64,000 bases of DNA from an uncultured delta proteobacterium (lineage in GTDB: Bacteria; Desulfobacterota; Binatia; Binatales; Binataceae), in the NCBI GenBank assembly GCA_963724765.1, contig CAVRVY010000003.1, positions 544,001-608,000 on the forward strand, given 5' to 3'. Shown here one piece after another: positions 31,742 through 41,287 of the stretch; within the stretch, counting starts at the first letter, position 1, and every line of letters starts with the position of its first letter. A program made the position numbers and the translations under genes. The notes beneath the pieces are model-generated. The model was not told the DNA's origin, ran no database searches, and worked only from the letters and a program-made list of their open reading frames with translations.

Positions 31742-31850
31742 GTCATCGTACGCGACGAAGCGTCGCTTCGGTTCAGGATGACGTAACGCCGTGGATTAGC
31801 GCGGAGGACCGCGAAATTCTTCGACTCCGACAGCCTTCGCTCAAGATGAC
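31742..31850. repeat. Two degenerate REP-like palindromic units
   Basis: gtcatc...cgaagcgtcgcttcg...gatgac hairpin (31742-31782) and attcttcg...ttcgctcaagatgac (31816-31850). Confidence 0.5.
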
Positions 31851-31948
31851 CGAAAAAGGGCGCCTGTTAAAGCGGCATCGGCGGCGCGACGCGACGGAAT
31901 TGCCGGCGTTCCTTCAGGCCGCGCGCGCAAAGAGCGCGTGCGCGCGGG

Positions 31949-32077
31949 TCAGCTTGCCTTGCGGTTGCGCGTGCGGCGCATCCGGAGCTTGCGCCTGCGC
32001 GACTGGATCGGGTCTGTGCGGCGCTTGCGCGCGAGTTTACGGTTGCGCCGGTTGCGTTGGCGGGAGGCTGGGTTCAT
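31949..32077 (-). CDS. 42-aa Arg/Lys-rich small protein
   Basis: MNPASRQRNRRNRKLARKRRTDPIQSRRRKLRMRRTRNRKAS; ATGA overlap with the upstream stop, SD-like AAAGGTGA, GC-rich third positions. Confidence 0.6.
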   Translation of the reverse strand: MNPASRQRNRRNRKLARKRRTDPIQSRRRKLRMRRTRNRKAS

Positions 32078-33516
32078 GGATTCACCTTTGGGGGTATCGT
32101 CGTCTGATTGGTTGGCGCTATTGCATTCATCGGCGCCGCGATCGCGGCCGCCGGCGCCGCAACCTGGGTTGTGGGTGCGGCGACACGGATCGTCGCGCCC
32201 CGCTCGTTGGCAGCCTGAGCAATCGGCGCGCTCGACCCGTCGACCACAGCCGGCTGCTGGCCAACCGCAGACGCCTGCTCGCCAACCGGGTACGGGCACA
32301 CCGCGTTGAACGTGGTTACTACCTCGCTGCGATCGCGCACGATCACCTGTCCAACGGTCTGCTCCGACACGAGCGGTCCGTAGAGCGATGCGGGTACCGC
32401 GAAATCCATCTTGAGCTCGCCCGCGTCCTTCTTCGGCACGATCACCGTGACCGTGCGCTGCGCCACCGGCTGCATCACTTCATTCGCGCCGACCCGCACC
32501 TGCATCGGCAAAAGTTGGCCCTGCTTGACCACATCGACCTTCTCGAAGTTGTCGAAGCCCCAGTCGAGCAGTTTGGCGGCCTGCACGAAACGTTGTGCAT
32601 TGGAGGGCGCGCCCAGCACTACTGCGATGAGGCGCATGTTGCCGCGCTCGGCCGTGGCGGTCAGGTTGAACCCGGCCTTCAGCGTGAAGCCGGTCTTAAG
32701 CCCGTCGGCGCCCTCGAAGTGGCCAATCAGACGGTTGGTGTTGTGCAGTGTCGCAGCCCCGTTGTCAAAGGGCGCGGTCGCCATCGAAGACCACTGCAAA
32801 AGGTCGGTTTGATGGATGAGCGCGCGGGCGAGCGTCGCCAGGTCGTACGCCGTGGTGACGTCGGCGTCGTGCAGCGGCGTGGGCGGCAAGCCCTCGACCG
32901 TGCCGTAAACCGTGTGACTCATCCCGAGACTCTTCGCGCGCGCGTTCATCATCTCGACGCAGCGTGCGGTCGAGCCGCAAATCTCTTCGGCCACGGCCAC
33001 CGCGGCGTCGTTGGCCGAACGGATAAGCGCGGCCTTCATCAACTCGCCGAGCGGGATCACTTCGCCGGCACGCAAGCCGAGGCGTGAGCCGCCGGTGAAG
33101 GCGGCGTTAGCGCTGATCGTTGCAGCGGAATTGAGATGAAAGCGGCCGGCCTTGATCTGGTCCTCGGCGACCATCAGCAGCATCATCTTGGCCATCGAGG
33201 CCGGCGGCCATTCGATACCACCATTGTAATCGTAAATGATCCTGCCCGTGTCAGCGTCCTCGAGCAGCAGGGCGTGATAGGGTACGGTGCCGGTGCGTAT
33301 CTCGCGGTGGTGGCGTGACACCGCGTGCTTGTGATGGGGCTTGTAGGTCGCTCGCGCAGGCGCGGCGGTCATCAGTATGGTGGTCGCGGCAGCCGACAAC
33401 ACAATCGCCGCCACGGAGATCATTTGCGTCCGCCGAAGCCAGGTTGACACCGCCGTTCTCACCCTCGTCATCCTGACTCTGCCGACTCCGCCAACTCTGC
33501 CTGCCACCTTGTCCAT
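32074..33516 (-). CDS. D-alanyl-D-alanine carboxypeptidase (PBP5/S11 family; start uncertain)
   Basis: PPASMAK (SxxK), SANDAA (SxN), GLKTGFT (KTG), PBP5 C-terminal domain. Confidence 0.93.
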   Translation of the reverse strand: MDKVAGRVGGVGRVRMTRVRTAVSTWLRRTQMISVAAIVLSAAATTILMTAAPARATYKPHHKHAVSRHHREIRTGTVPYHALLLEDADTGRIIYDYNGGIEWPPASMAKMMLLMVAEDQIKAGRFHLNSAATISANAAFTGGSRLGLRAGEVIPLGELMKAALIRSANDAAVAVAEEICGSTARCVEMMNARAKSLGMSHTVYGTVEGLPPTPLHDADVTTAYDLATLARALIHQTDLLQWSSMATAPFDNGAATLHNTNRLIGHFEGADGLKTGFTLKAGFNLTATAERGNMRLIAVVLGAPSNAQRFVQAAKLLDWGFDNFEKVDVVKQGQLLPMQVRVGANEVMQPVAQRTVTVIVPKKDAGELKMDFAVPASLYGPLVSEQTVGQVIVRDRSEVVTTFNAVCPYPVGEQASAVGQQPAVVDGSSAPIAQAANERGATIRVAAPTTQVAAPAAAIAAPMNAIAPTNQTTIPPKVNP

Positions 33517-33560
33517 CCCGCCCCTCGTGTCTGTTGCCCGTGTATCGTCCCACCACGGCG

Positions 33561-34301
33561 TCAGCGCCCACGCGCGAAGTCAACCACGCGGTCCGAGGCG
33601 CGCTTTGCGCCGGCGTGTTCCGCGCGTTCGAGGATCGTCAGGTTCACGCGCGCCGGCGTGTAGGCTGGGTTCGCGCTGAGCAGGTCCGACCATTCCTGAC
33701 GCGCCAGCGCGTAGCGCCCCTCCTCCGCATAGATGAGGCCGAGCGTGTTGCGCGCGTCGACCTCCTGGGGATCGAGCCTGAGCGAAAACAACATCTCCTG
33801 CTCAGCATCGCCGAGCATCCCGCGCCGTTCATAGGTCAATCCCAGGTTGAAATGAGTCTCGGGCTGATAGGGCCCCAGCAAACTTGCCAGCCGCAAGACC
33901 TCGGTCGCGCCCTCGAGTTGACCGTCTTCGAGGTAGGCCAGTCCCAGGTTGAGAAAGACCTGCCAATCGTTCAACCCCAGGTCGACCGCGCGGCGGTATT
34001 CGAACAGTTCGTGTTGATGCTGCCCGGTGACGCCGTAAGCGAAGCCGAGATGATAGTGGGCAAGAGCATTGTCGGGGTGTTCCCGGATAACGGCGAGATG
34101 GCGGCGGATCGCCGCAGGGTAGTCTTCCATTCCGAGATAGTAATCGGCCAACGGGTCGCAAACCTGCGGGTCCGAAGCGAGGTTGCTTGAAGCACGCGCA
34201 ATAATCGGCCGCAGCATTGCCGAGCAAATCAGCAACACGACAAGGAGCCGAAACGCGCGGTAACTACTCAAAATCATAAGCCCGTTAGCCCAAAGCCACA
34301 C
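33561..34301 (-). CDS. Exported tetratricopeptide repeat protein
   Basis: Signal-like N-terminus; AHYHLGFAY, FLNLGLAY, THFNLGLTY, ARNTLGLIY. Confidence 0.85.
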   Translation of the reverse strand: MWLWANGLMILSSYRAFRLLVVLLICSAMLRPIIARASSNLASDPQVCDPLADYYLGMEDYPAAIRRHLAVIREHPDNALAHYHLGFAYGVTGQHQHELFEYRRAVDLGLNDWQVFLNLGLAYLEDGQLEGATEVLRLASLLGPYQPETHFNLGLTYERRGMLGDAEQEMLFSLRLDPQEVDARNTLGLIYAEEGRYALARQEWSDLLSANPAYTPARVNLTILERAEHAGAKRASDRVVDFARGR

Positions 34302-34336
34302 GGGCTTTGCAAAACCTTAGCAGGAAAATGAAATCA

Positions 34337-34373
34337 ATAAAAAGCGCGCGACGCCAAATGGCGTCGCGCGCTT
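34337..34373 (-). terminator. Rho-independent terminator
   Basis: Inverted repeat aagcgcgcgacgcca / tggcgtcgcgcgctt with a T-tract on the minus strand. Confidence 0.8.
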
Positions 34374-34468
34374 GAAGAAATGCCGTTTTGGGAGCACCAC
34401 AGCCTCACGCGGCCATGGTCAACCCGCTCAAAACTGAATCGTCAGCCCTGGAAACGGATCAGCCGCTA

Positions 34469-34789
34469 TTAGTTGCTGCCGCCAGCCGGAGGAACCGCCG
34501 GAGCCGCAGGAGCGCCCGTCGCGCCCGAGCCAGTCGCGCCCGTCGCTCCGGTGCCGCTCGTCGCGCCTGTAGCGCCGGTTTCACCCGACGTTGTGGACTT
34601 CTTCTTGTGGTGATGCCACTTGTGATGCTTCTTGGCCGCAGGCGACGCTTCAGCCGCCGGAGCCTCGGGCGCTGGCGCCGAGGCCGCCGGTGCGCCACCA
34701 GCCGAACCTGCATCTTGCGCCTGCACGGCCGGAACCATCAGGGCACCGGCGAAGAGCGCCGCACTCAAAATCGTCAGAGTCCGCTTCAT
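34469..34789 (-). CDS. Small secreted low-complexity protein with a His/Lys patch (Asr-like character)
   Basis: Signal peptide MKRTLTILSAALFAGALMVPAVQA, KKHHKWHHHKKK, TGA repeats; SD AAAGGAG. Confidence 0.8.
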   Translation of the reverse strand: MKRTLTILSAALFAGALMVPAVQAQDAGSAGGAPAASAPAPEAPAAEASPAAKKHHKWHHHKKKSTTSGETGATGATSGTGATGATGSGATGAPAAPAVPPAGGSN

Positions 34790-34849
34790 ACCAATTTCTC
34801 CTTTATCCTTTGGCGGCTCCTGCTTTGCAGGCCGCATGTCCGATACCAT

Positions 34850-34865
34850 TGCCATTGCCGTGCCA
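34850..34865 (-). promoter_or_regulatory. Putative sigma-54 (-24/-12) promoter
   Basis: Minus strand TGGCACGGCAATGGCA (GG-N10-GC, one mismatch to TGGCACG-N4-TTGCW), ~60 nt upstream of ATG 34789. Confidence 0.6.
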
Positions 34866-34990
34866 TCTAAAAAACCGAGCCAAACCGCCCGACTGAGGAG
34901 TTTTGCACGATTTTGCCTGACGCAGTTCGTCTAGCCGTCATACGTTTTGCGTTGCTGGTTCGCCATATTTTCATCGCAAACCCGTGCTGC

Positions 34991-35734
34991 CTAACGCTCT
35001 ACTCGCACCGCCTCACCCTTGCGTCGCGCCCGGCGCAATCGCCCATGGAGCAAAAATAGCTCCCGGAAGGCGCGCGCGATAACCTTGAAGCTGGCACCCG
35101 ATTGCTCGCCAGCCACCCGTGGCAGGTGGCGCACCTCAACTTCGCAAATCTTCGCTCCCCGTCCAGCCAGCTGCGCCATCAGTTCGGCCGAGATCATCGC
35201 GCCCTTGGCCTGCAGGTCGACGCCCTCCAGCATCTCGCGCCGGAACAATTTCAGCCCACAATCGATATCGCTTATGCGGATACCTAACAAGAGCCTCATC
35301 AGCATCGTCCATGCCTTGCCGTTGACCCGCCGCATCAACGGGTCAGCGCGATGCGTCCGGTGCCCGACCACTACGTCGTACTCGGGAACCTTCGCCGCCA
35401 GACGGGCGATATCCGAAACCTCGAACTGGCCGTCGCCGTCGCACAGCACGATCCACGGCTGAGTGCAGGCGCGGATGCCCGAGATTACCGCCGCGCCATA
35501 GCCGCGATTGACCGCATGATGGACCACCTTGAGGCGAGGATGGGTGGCGGCGAGACGGTCGGCGATTTCGCCGGTACGGTCGCAGCTGCCGTCGTCCACC
35601 ACGACGATTTCGTGCTGCTGCGTGATCCTGGGAAGTTCGGCCTCGAGCGCCGTGGCCACCCGTTCGATGTTGCCTTCCTCGTTATGACAGGGCAGGAAAA
35701 CGCTGACACCGGACAGGTGAAGCGGCTCAGTCAC
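34991..35734 (-). CDS. Glycosyltransferase family 2 (polyprenol-phosphate glycosyltransferase/DPM1-like)
   Basis: SVFLPCHNEE, VVDDGSCDRT, NRGYGAA, DGDGQ, DIDCGLK. Confidence 0.9.
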   Translation of the reverse strand: MTEPLHLSGVSVFLPCHNEEGNIERVATALEAELPRITQQHEIVVVDDGSCDRTGEIADRLAATHPRLKVVHHAVNRGYGAAVISGIRACTQPWIVLCDGDGQFEVSDIARLAAKVPEYDVVVGHRTHRADPLMRRVNGKAWTMLMRLLLGIRISDIDCGLKLFRREMLEGVDLQAKGAMISAELMAQLAGRGAKICEVEVRHLPRVAGEQSGASFKVIARAFRELFLLHGRLRRARRKGEAVRVER

Positions 35735-36203
35735 CAAGCGCGCGGTAGCCGCCGCGGAAAAAGACCAGCGGTTTGCGGTCGACGGTCGCCGCCTCCTGAA
35801 TTTCGCCGAGATAGATGGTGTGGTCGCCGCCGGCATAGGTCGCAGCGAGCTTGCACTCGAGATATCCCAGGGTGCCGTCCAGAATGGCCGCTCCATTGGC
35901 GCCCGCCCGATAGGCCACGCCCTCGAACTTGGGACCGCCGCTGACCGCGAAACGGCGCGACAGAGCTTCCTGGTCGTCGGCCAGTATATTCACCGTGAAA
36001 ACCTTGCTTTCCTCGAAAAAGGGATAGCTCTCGGCCTTTTTGTCGACGGAGACGAGCAACAGCGGCGGCTCCAGCGAGACCGAGGTAAAGGCGTTCGCGG
36101 TCAGGCCATAGTGCTTGCCGTCGCTGGAGACGGTCGTGATCACAGTCACGCCGGTGGCAAAATGTCCCATCACCCGGCGCAGTTCATTTCTATCAATAGG
36201 CAT
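35727..36203 (-). CDS. Flavin reductase (HpaC/DszD-like)
   Basis: RRVMGHFATGVTVIT, FTSVSLEPP, GDHTI. Confidence 0.92.
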   Translation of the reverse strand: MPIDRNELRRVMGHFATGVTVITTVSSDGKHYGLTANAFTSVSLEPPLLLVSVDKKAESYPFFEESKVFTVNILADDQEALSRRFAVSGGPKFEGVAYRAGANGAAILDGTLGYLECKLAATYAGGDHTIYLGEIQEAATVDRKPLVFFRGGYRALGD

Positions 36204-36323
36204 TGGGGGTACTCCGCGTTGGCGGATGCTAGCAGAGCGGTTTGCCGACGGTCAATTTAGGCCTCGGCAGACAAACCGGGCCGGCTGCACTGCGATCGCG
36301 TGCTCCGTCGGCACGCGCCCCAG

Positions 36324-36836
36324 TTACCATCCCGTGCGGTCGCGCGGCAGGACTTCGCGTCCGCCCAGATATACGTAGTCGAGGTCGAGCGAAGTCAGCG
36401 GCCGTTCGTTGCTGCTTACGCGGACGCCGAGCGGTTGGGCCACGAATATTGTATGGTCGCCGGCGACGACGCTGTTGACCACTCGCGCCTCGATCGAAAC
36501 CATCGCCAGCTTCAGCCACGGCACGCCGAGAGCAGGCGACAGTTCATACTCGACGTCGGTAAGGTTGTCGGGCCGGCGAGCCCGCGACGAGTAGAAATAG
36601 TCCTCCAGCACCTTGCCGCGCGCCCCAACCACGTTGAAGCCGAGCACGCGGGTGCGGGCCAATGCGGCGCACGAGAAATGATTGTTATCGACCGCCGCCG
36701 TGAACAGCGGCGGCTCGCCCGAAACCTGGGTCACCCAGGACGAGGACATCCCGTGATGATGGCCGCCATCGACCACGGTCAGCACGTAGATGCCGGTGGT
36801 AAGCGAGGCAAAGGCGCGTGCGAGATCGATATCCAT
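36324..36836 (-). CDS. Flavin reductase family protein
   Basis: TGIYVLT, SWVTQVSGEPP, AGDHTIF. Confidence 0.88.
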   Translation of the reverse strand: MDIDLARAFASLTTGIYVLTVVDGGHHHGMSSSWVTQVSGEPPLFTAAVDNNHFSCAALARTRVLGFNVVGARGKVLEDYFYSSRARRPDNLTDVEYELSPALGVPWLKLAMVSIEARVVNSVVAGDHTIFVAQPLGVRVSSNERPLTSLDLDYVYLGGREVLPRDRTGW

Positions 36837-37008
36837 CGAAGCACCAGTTATTATCGCAAGTAATTATCGGAAAAAGTATTATTGCAAGTAATCCAGCAAG
36901 TAATCCAGCAGGACCGGCCGTGTCAAAGACCATTGGCACAATTGACCCGGCGGCCAAGCTCTTCCAGAATAATCACGGGCGGCGGGGCAAGATGCGGGAA
37001 AAGATGCG

Positions 37009-38283
37009 ATGAAGCGTGAGTTGCGGCTGGCTTTTGGGCGAGCGATTTTTGCCGGCGCGATCGCGATTCTATGCGCGGCGAACCTATCGGCGCTGGATAA
37101 TCCGGCGGCCGCGGCTCCGGTAGCCGCGACGTCCGCAACTGCCACTCCCGCCGCAGCCGCAGCTATTGCGACGACGGAGGCGACGCCGGCGGCAGCCGCC
37201 GTCGCGACCCCAGTCGCGCCGGCTGCAGCCGCTCAACCCGCCGTATCGTCCGCCCCCAAGCCAGGCCAGTGGGTAGTGCTGCCGCCGGCCCAACCGGCGG
37301 CATCCGCGAGCCCGAGCCTCGCCGCGAATCCGGCCGCCACACCTGCCGCAGCCATCGCAACGCCGGTAGCGGTTGCGACGTCCACGGCGCCAGCAGCCGC
37401 TGTGGCACGCGCAACGCCGATACCAGCCGCCACGCCCGCCGCAGCGGGCGCAACGCCGGTAGCCCTCGCCACGCCCGCGGCGCGAGCGACCGCGGCGGTG
37501 GCCGCCGCGCCTACGGCGGCGCCCACCGCTGCGAGCCCGGCCGCGCCAGCTCTGTCGGCCAGTGGCGCGGCGATAAGCGCGGCCGCCCCGCCTGTGAACG
37601 CGACGCCAGCGGTTGCCGCCGGTACGGCGGCGACCGCTGGCGTCGCGCAGGGCGTGGCTCCGCCGCAGCCGAGCCTGGCGGCGCTCACGCCGCCCAGCCC
37701 GGCTGCGGCCGGTGCGGCTACGGCACCCGCAGGAAAACCCACGCCGGCCGCCGGCGCGGTCGCGAAAGATCGGCCGACCGCGGGCATGATCGCGCTGCGC
37801 GACACCAACGATCCGTCAATTTTGCGCAATCCGTATAGCTGGTCGGTGATGGTGTACAAGTCGCGGCACCGGCTCGTCGTCTATTATCGAGGACATCTCT
37901 ACAAAGAGTATCACGCTGTATTCGGGCGCAACCTCGACCCCGGGACCAAGCTGTGGTCAGGCGATCGCCGCACACCCGAGGGCGCCTACACCATCATTGC
38001 CAAACGGCTTAACTCACGCTGGCGCTACTTTCTGAAGCTCGATTACCCCAACACCGTCGATCGCGCCCGCTACGAGCAACTTGTCTCGCGGGGCGAAGTG
38101 CCGCGCATGCGTGGCCACGCGATTTCCGAGGGCGACGGAATCGGAATCCATGGCACCGACGAGCCGATCCTCAACACTGGCAACGTCAACTGGACCACCG
38201 GATGCATTTCGGTCGACAACGGCGCGATCGACGAGCTCGCAGTGCTTCTGCCGGTCGGCACGCTCGTGGTAATCAAGCACTGA
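37009..38283 (+). CDS. L,D-transpeptidase (YkuD) with a long Ala/Pro/Thr linker
   Basis: Signal peptide, GDRRTPEG, LDYPN, catalytic IGIHG...WTTGCI. Confidence 0.9.
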   Translation: MKRELRLAFGRAIFAGAIAILCAANLSALDNPAAAAPVAATSATATPAAAAAIATTEATPAAAAVATPVAPAAAAQPAVSSAPKPGQWVVLPPAQPAASASPSLAANPAATPAAAIATPVAVATSTAPAAAVARATPIPAATPAAAGATPVALATPAARATAAVAAAPTAAPTAASPAAPALSASGAAISAAAPPVNATPAVAAGTAATAGVAQGVAPPQPSLAALTPPSPAAAGAATAPAGKPTPAAGAVAKDRPTAGMIALRDTNDPSILRNPYSWSVMVYKSRHRLVVYYRGHLYKEYHAVFGRNLDPGTKLWSGDRRTPEGAYTIIAKRLNSRWRYFLKLDYPNTVDRARYEQLVSRGEVPRMRGHAISEGDGIGIHGTDEPILNTGNVNWTTGCISVDNGAIDELAVLLPVGTLVVIKH

Positions 38284-38356
38284 GACCGCGACGCGCGCCA
38301 TGGCCGATATGCCAGGCGCCAGACTCAATCTGGAAACCGTGCGAGGGAGTGATGCG

Positions 38357-39550
38357 ATGGGCCCGAATATTCCATTGATCGGTGAGTTCAACTTTACGCG
38401 CCTGGAGAAGGTGACCTTCGGGCCCGGCAAGGCCGCGGACCTCGGACGCGAGCTCGAGCGCCGACGGCTGAAGCGCGCATTGATCGTGACCGGCAAAACC
38501 TTGGGGGGCTCCAAGCTGCTCGATGAGGTGACCGGGGCGGCAGGCGCGCGGCTGGCGGGCGTGTTCAAGGGTGCAAGCCAGCACGTGCCCTCGCATACGG
38601 TTGCCGCGCTGGTCGAGGAGTACAAGCGCAGCGGCGCGGATTGCATGGTGAGCTTTGGCGGCGGAAGTCCGATCGACACGGTCAAGGTCGCCGCCAAGCG
38701 CATTTTGGAGGGCGAGCGTCCTGGCGCCGCAGCCGCGCATACCATCGAGTTCGAGGCGGCCGAGGTGGTGGGCGGACCCGACCTCATCCACATCGCGATG
38801 CCGACGACGCTCTCGGCCGGCGAGTTCACGCCGATCGGTGGCGTCACCGACGAGTCGAGCCACGTCAAGGGCGGCGTGGTCGATCCGCGCCTCGTGCCGC
38901 GCACGATCATTCTCGACCCGGAGCTGACGGTCGAGACGCCGGCCTGGCTCTGGACGGCGACCGGGATGCGCGCGATGGATCATGCGGTCGAGGTCATCTA
39001 TTCGTCGCGCCATCAGTTGATCGCCGACACGCTGGCGGCGCGCGCGATTTCGCTGCTGGTCAAGCATCTGCCGGCCTCGCTCAAGACCACCGGCGCCGAG
39101 TCGATCGCGCATCGCGGACAATGTCAGCTCGCGGCGTGGTTCTCGATCTTCGGCATCATGAGCACGCGGGTCGGCATCTCGCACGCGCTGGGCCATCAGA
39201 TTGGCCCGATGTGGGACGTGCCGCACGGGGTCACCTCGTGCATCACGCTGCCGCATGTGATGCGGTTCATGGCGGACGTCGCGCCGGAGCGCTTTGGGCC
39301 GATCGCCGAGGGACTGGGGGTGCGTTTCGACGAGCGTGACGCGCGGGCGGCCGCGATGGAATGCGCGGATCGGATGGCGAAGTTTATCGCGCAGTTCGAG
39401 GTTCCGCATCGGCTGCGCGATACCGGCGTGCCGCGGGAGGAGATCGGAACGATCGCGGCTACGGTGCTCGAGGAAGTCGAGCATTCGAGCACGGTCGGCC
39501 GCCCGGTGACGCGTGAGAACCTGATCAAGTTGCTGGAGGCGGCTTACTAG
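38357..39550 (+). CDS. Iron-containing alcohol dehydrogenase (maleylacetate reductase-like)
   Basis: GGGSPIDTVK, PTTLSAGE, MDHAVE, SHALGHQIG, PHG. Confidence 0.9.
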   Translation: MGPNIPLIGEFNFTRLEKVTFGPGKAADLGRELERRRLKRALIVTGKTLGGSKLLDEVTGAAGARLAGVFKGASQHVPSHTVAALVEEYKRSGADCMVSFGGGSPIDTVKVAAKRILEGERPGAAAAHTIEFEAAEVVGGPDLIHIAMPTTLSAGEFTPIGGVTDESSHVKGGVVDPRLVPRTIILDPELTVETPAWLWTATGMRAMDHAVEVIYSSRHQLIADTLAARAISLLVKHLPASLKTTGAESIAHRGQCQLAAWFSIFGIMSTRVGISHALGHQIGPMWDVPHGVTSCITLPHVMRFMADVAPERFGPIAEGLGVRFDERDARAAAMECADRMAKFIAQFEVPHRLRDTGVPREEIGTIAATVLEEVEHSSTVGRPVTRENLIKLLEAAY

Positions 39551-39621
39551 ACAGTGGGCAACCGCACCCGGGGAGATCGCCATGAGTGTCGAGTTAGTCC
39601 ATATCCGGAGTCTGCCTGTTT

Positions 39622-41121
39622 CTAATCCCCACCGGCGGCAGCAGAGCGGGCGGACTCCGTGAGGCGCCGTGCGCGGCGATGCAAATACATATAGACCGGC
39701 ACGCCGCTTGCCACGATCAGCAGCCCGCCCCAGGTGTAGCGCGGTTTGACCACCAGCAGATCGGCCATCAGCGCGACCGCGGCCACGATATAAGCGGCCG
39801 GCAGCCATGGATAGCCCCACGCGCGGTAGGGGCGCGGCGCGTCGGGACGCCGCACGCGCATCACGAATACCGCGCCGACCGTGATGACATAGAAAATGAG
39901 CTGCGCGAAGATCACGTAATCGAGCAGCTCCGAGTAGGTGCCCGAGAGCGTCAGCACCGCGGCCCATACTGATTGCATCACCAGCGCCGCCGCCGGGACG
40001 CGGGCGCGGTTGAGCCGGCCGGCGGCGGCGAAGAACACGCCGTCATGCGCCATCGCGTAGAGCACGCGCGCGCCGGTCAGGATGAGTCCGTTGGCGCATC
40101 CGAAACCCGAAATCATCACCAGTACGGCGGTGATGACGCCGCCGGCGCCGCCCCACACGATCTGCATCGCCGCGGCCGCGACGCGATCATGCGGCGCGCC
40201 CGCTATACCGAGGGCGAAGACCTGCCGCCTGAGCGCACCGGCGCTGGGGCCGGGCCCCACTGCGGAGTTTGCGAGCACGGGTAGCTGGCAGAGGTAAGCG
40301 ACGTTGGCCAGGACGTAGAGCAGGATCACCACGCCGGTGCCGAGGGCAAGCGCACGCGGCAAATCGCGTTTGGGGTTGCGAATCTCGGCCGCAGTAAAGG
40401 TGACGGTCGCCCAGGCGTCGGCGGCGAACAGCGACCCGACCATCGCGGCGCCGAACGCGGCCAGGAAGCCCGTCGACCACTGTCCGGCGCCGAAAAACCC
40501 GTTGACGAAGTTTAATTCGACCGCGTTATGGTTGGGTGCAACGATACATCCGAGCAGGATTATCATCCCCAGCGAGAGCACCTTGGCGCTGGTGAAAAAA
40601 TTCTGCACCACGCGGCCCATGTCGAGCCCGCGCAGGTTGACGAAAGTGAGGACGACGATAACCGCGATCGCGCCGGCGCGCTCGGCGTCGAGCCCAACGC
40701 CCTGCCGTCCGAACCACATGGGGCCGCCCAGCGCCGGCCACAGCACCGCGCCGAAGCGCGCGAAGGCAACCGCGACCGCCGCGATAGTGCCGGTCTGGAT
40801 CACCAGCAACAGGGTCCATCCGAACAGGAACGCAGGCATCCGGCCGTAGGCCTCACGCAGGTAGACGTACTGGCCGCCTGCCTGCGGCATCATCGCGGCC
40901 AACTCTCCGTAAGCCAGCGCGCCGGCGATCGTCATCAGGCCAGCGGCGATCCATACCGCCAGCAGCGCGGCCGGCGAATCCACGTGGCGCGCGATATCGG
41001 CCGAGACGATGAAGATGGCCGAGCCGATCATCGAACCGGCCACGATCGTGATCGAGTCGAACAGCGAGAGATCCGCTTTCAGTCCGATGGATCCCGCCGC
41101 CTCCGCCGCCGCCTCGGCCAT
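39622..41121 (-). CDS. APC-family amino acid permease
   Basis: GSMIGSAIF, ELAAMMPQAGGQYVYLREAYG, AEIRNPKRDLP, RPYRAWGYP. Confidence 0.92.
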   Translation of the reverse strand: MAEAAAEAAGSIGLKADLSLFDSITIVAGSMIGSAIFIVSADIARHVDSPAALLAVWIAAGLMTIAGALAYGELAAMMPQAGGQYVYLREAYGRMPAFLFGWTLLLVIQTGTIAAVAVAFARFGAVLWPALGGPMWFGRQGVGLDAERAGAIAVIVVLTFVNLRGLDMGRVVQNFFTSAKVLSLGMIILLGCIVAPNHNAVELNFVNGFFGAGQWSTGFLAAFGAAMVGSLFAADAWATVTFTAAEIRNPKRDLPRALALGTGVVILLYVLANVAYLCQLPVLANSAVGPGPSAGALRRQVFALGIAGAPHDRVAAAAMQIVWGGAGGVITAVLVMISGFGCANGLILTGARVLYAMAHDGVFFAAAGRLNRARVPAAALVMQSVWAAVLTLSGTYSELLDYVIFAQLIFYVITVGAVFVMRVRRPDAPRPYRAWGYPWLPAAYIVAAVALMADLLVVKPRYTWGGLLIVASGVPVYMYLHRRARRLTESARSAAAGGD

Positions 41122-41287
41122 GGCTGTACCTCCCGCTTGTAGGACGGACGCGGATGGGCCGTCGTGCCTCCGCCTCCCGCCACCATATAGTTGCTTTCGC
41201 CTGCTCGTTGATTTAATCCGAAAATCGGACTTAGCTCACCATCAGAGCGGCGTTGGAGAAAAATCCCACGACGGGGAGACTCATACG

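Noticed and set aside
31663-33087. 474-aa plus-strand ORF with a Cys-rich stretch (CGCACGASGACAC...) resembling a metallothionein or RiPP precursor
   Set aside because: It is antisense to the carboxypeptidase and the Arg-rich ORF, whose repeats generate the Cys pattern. It has no separate start or stop and no modifying enzymes nearby.
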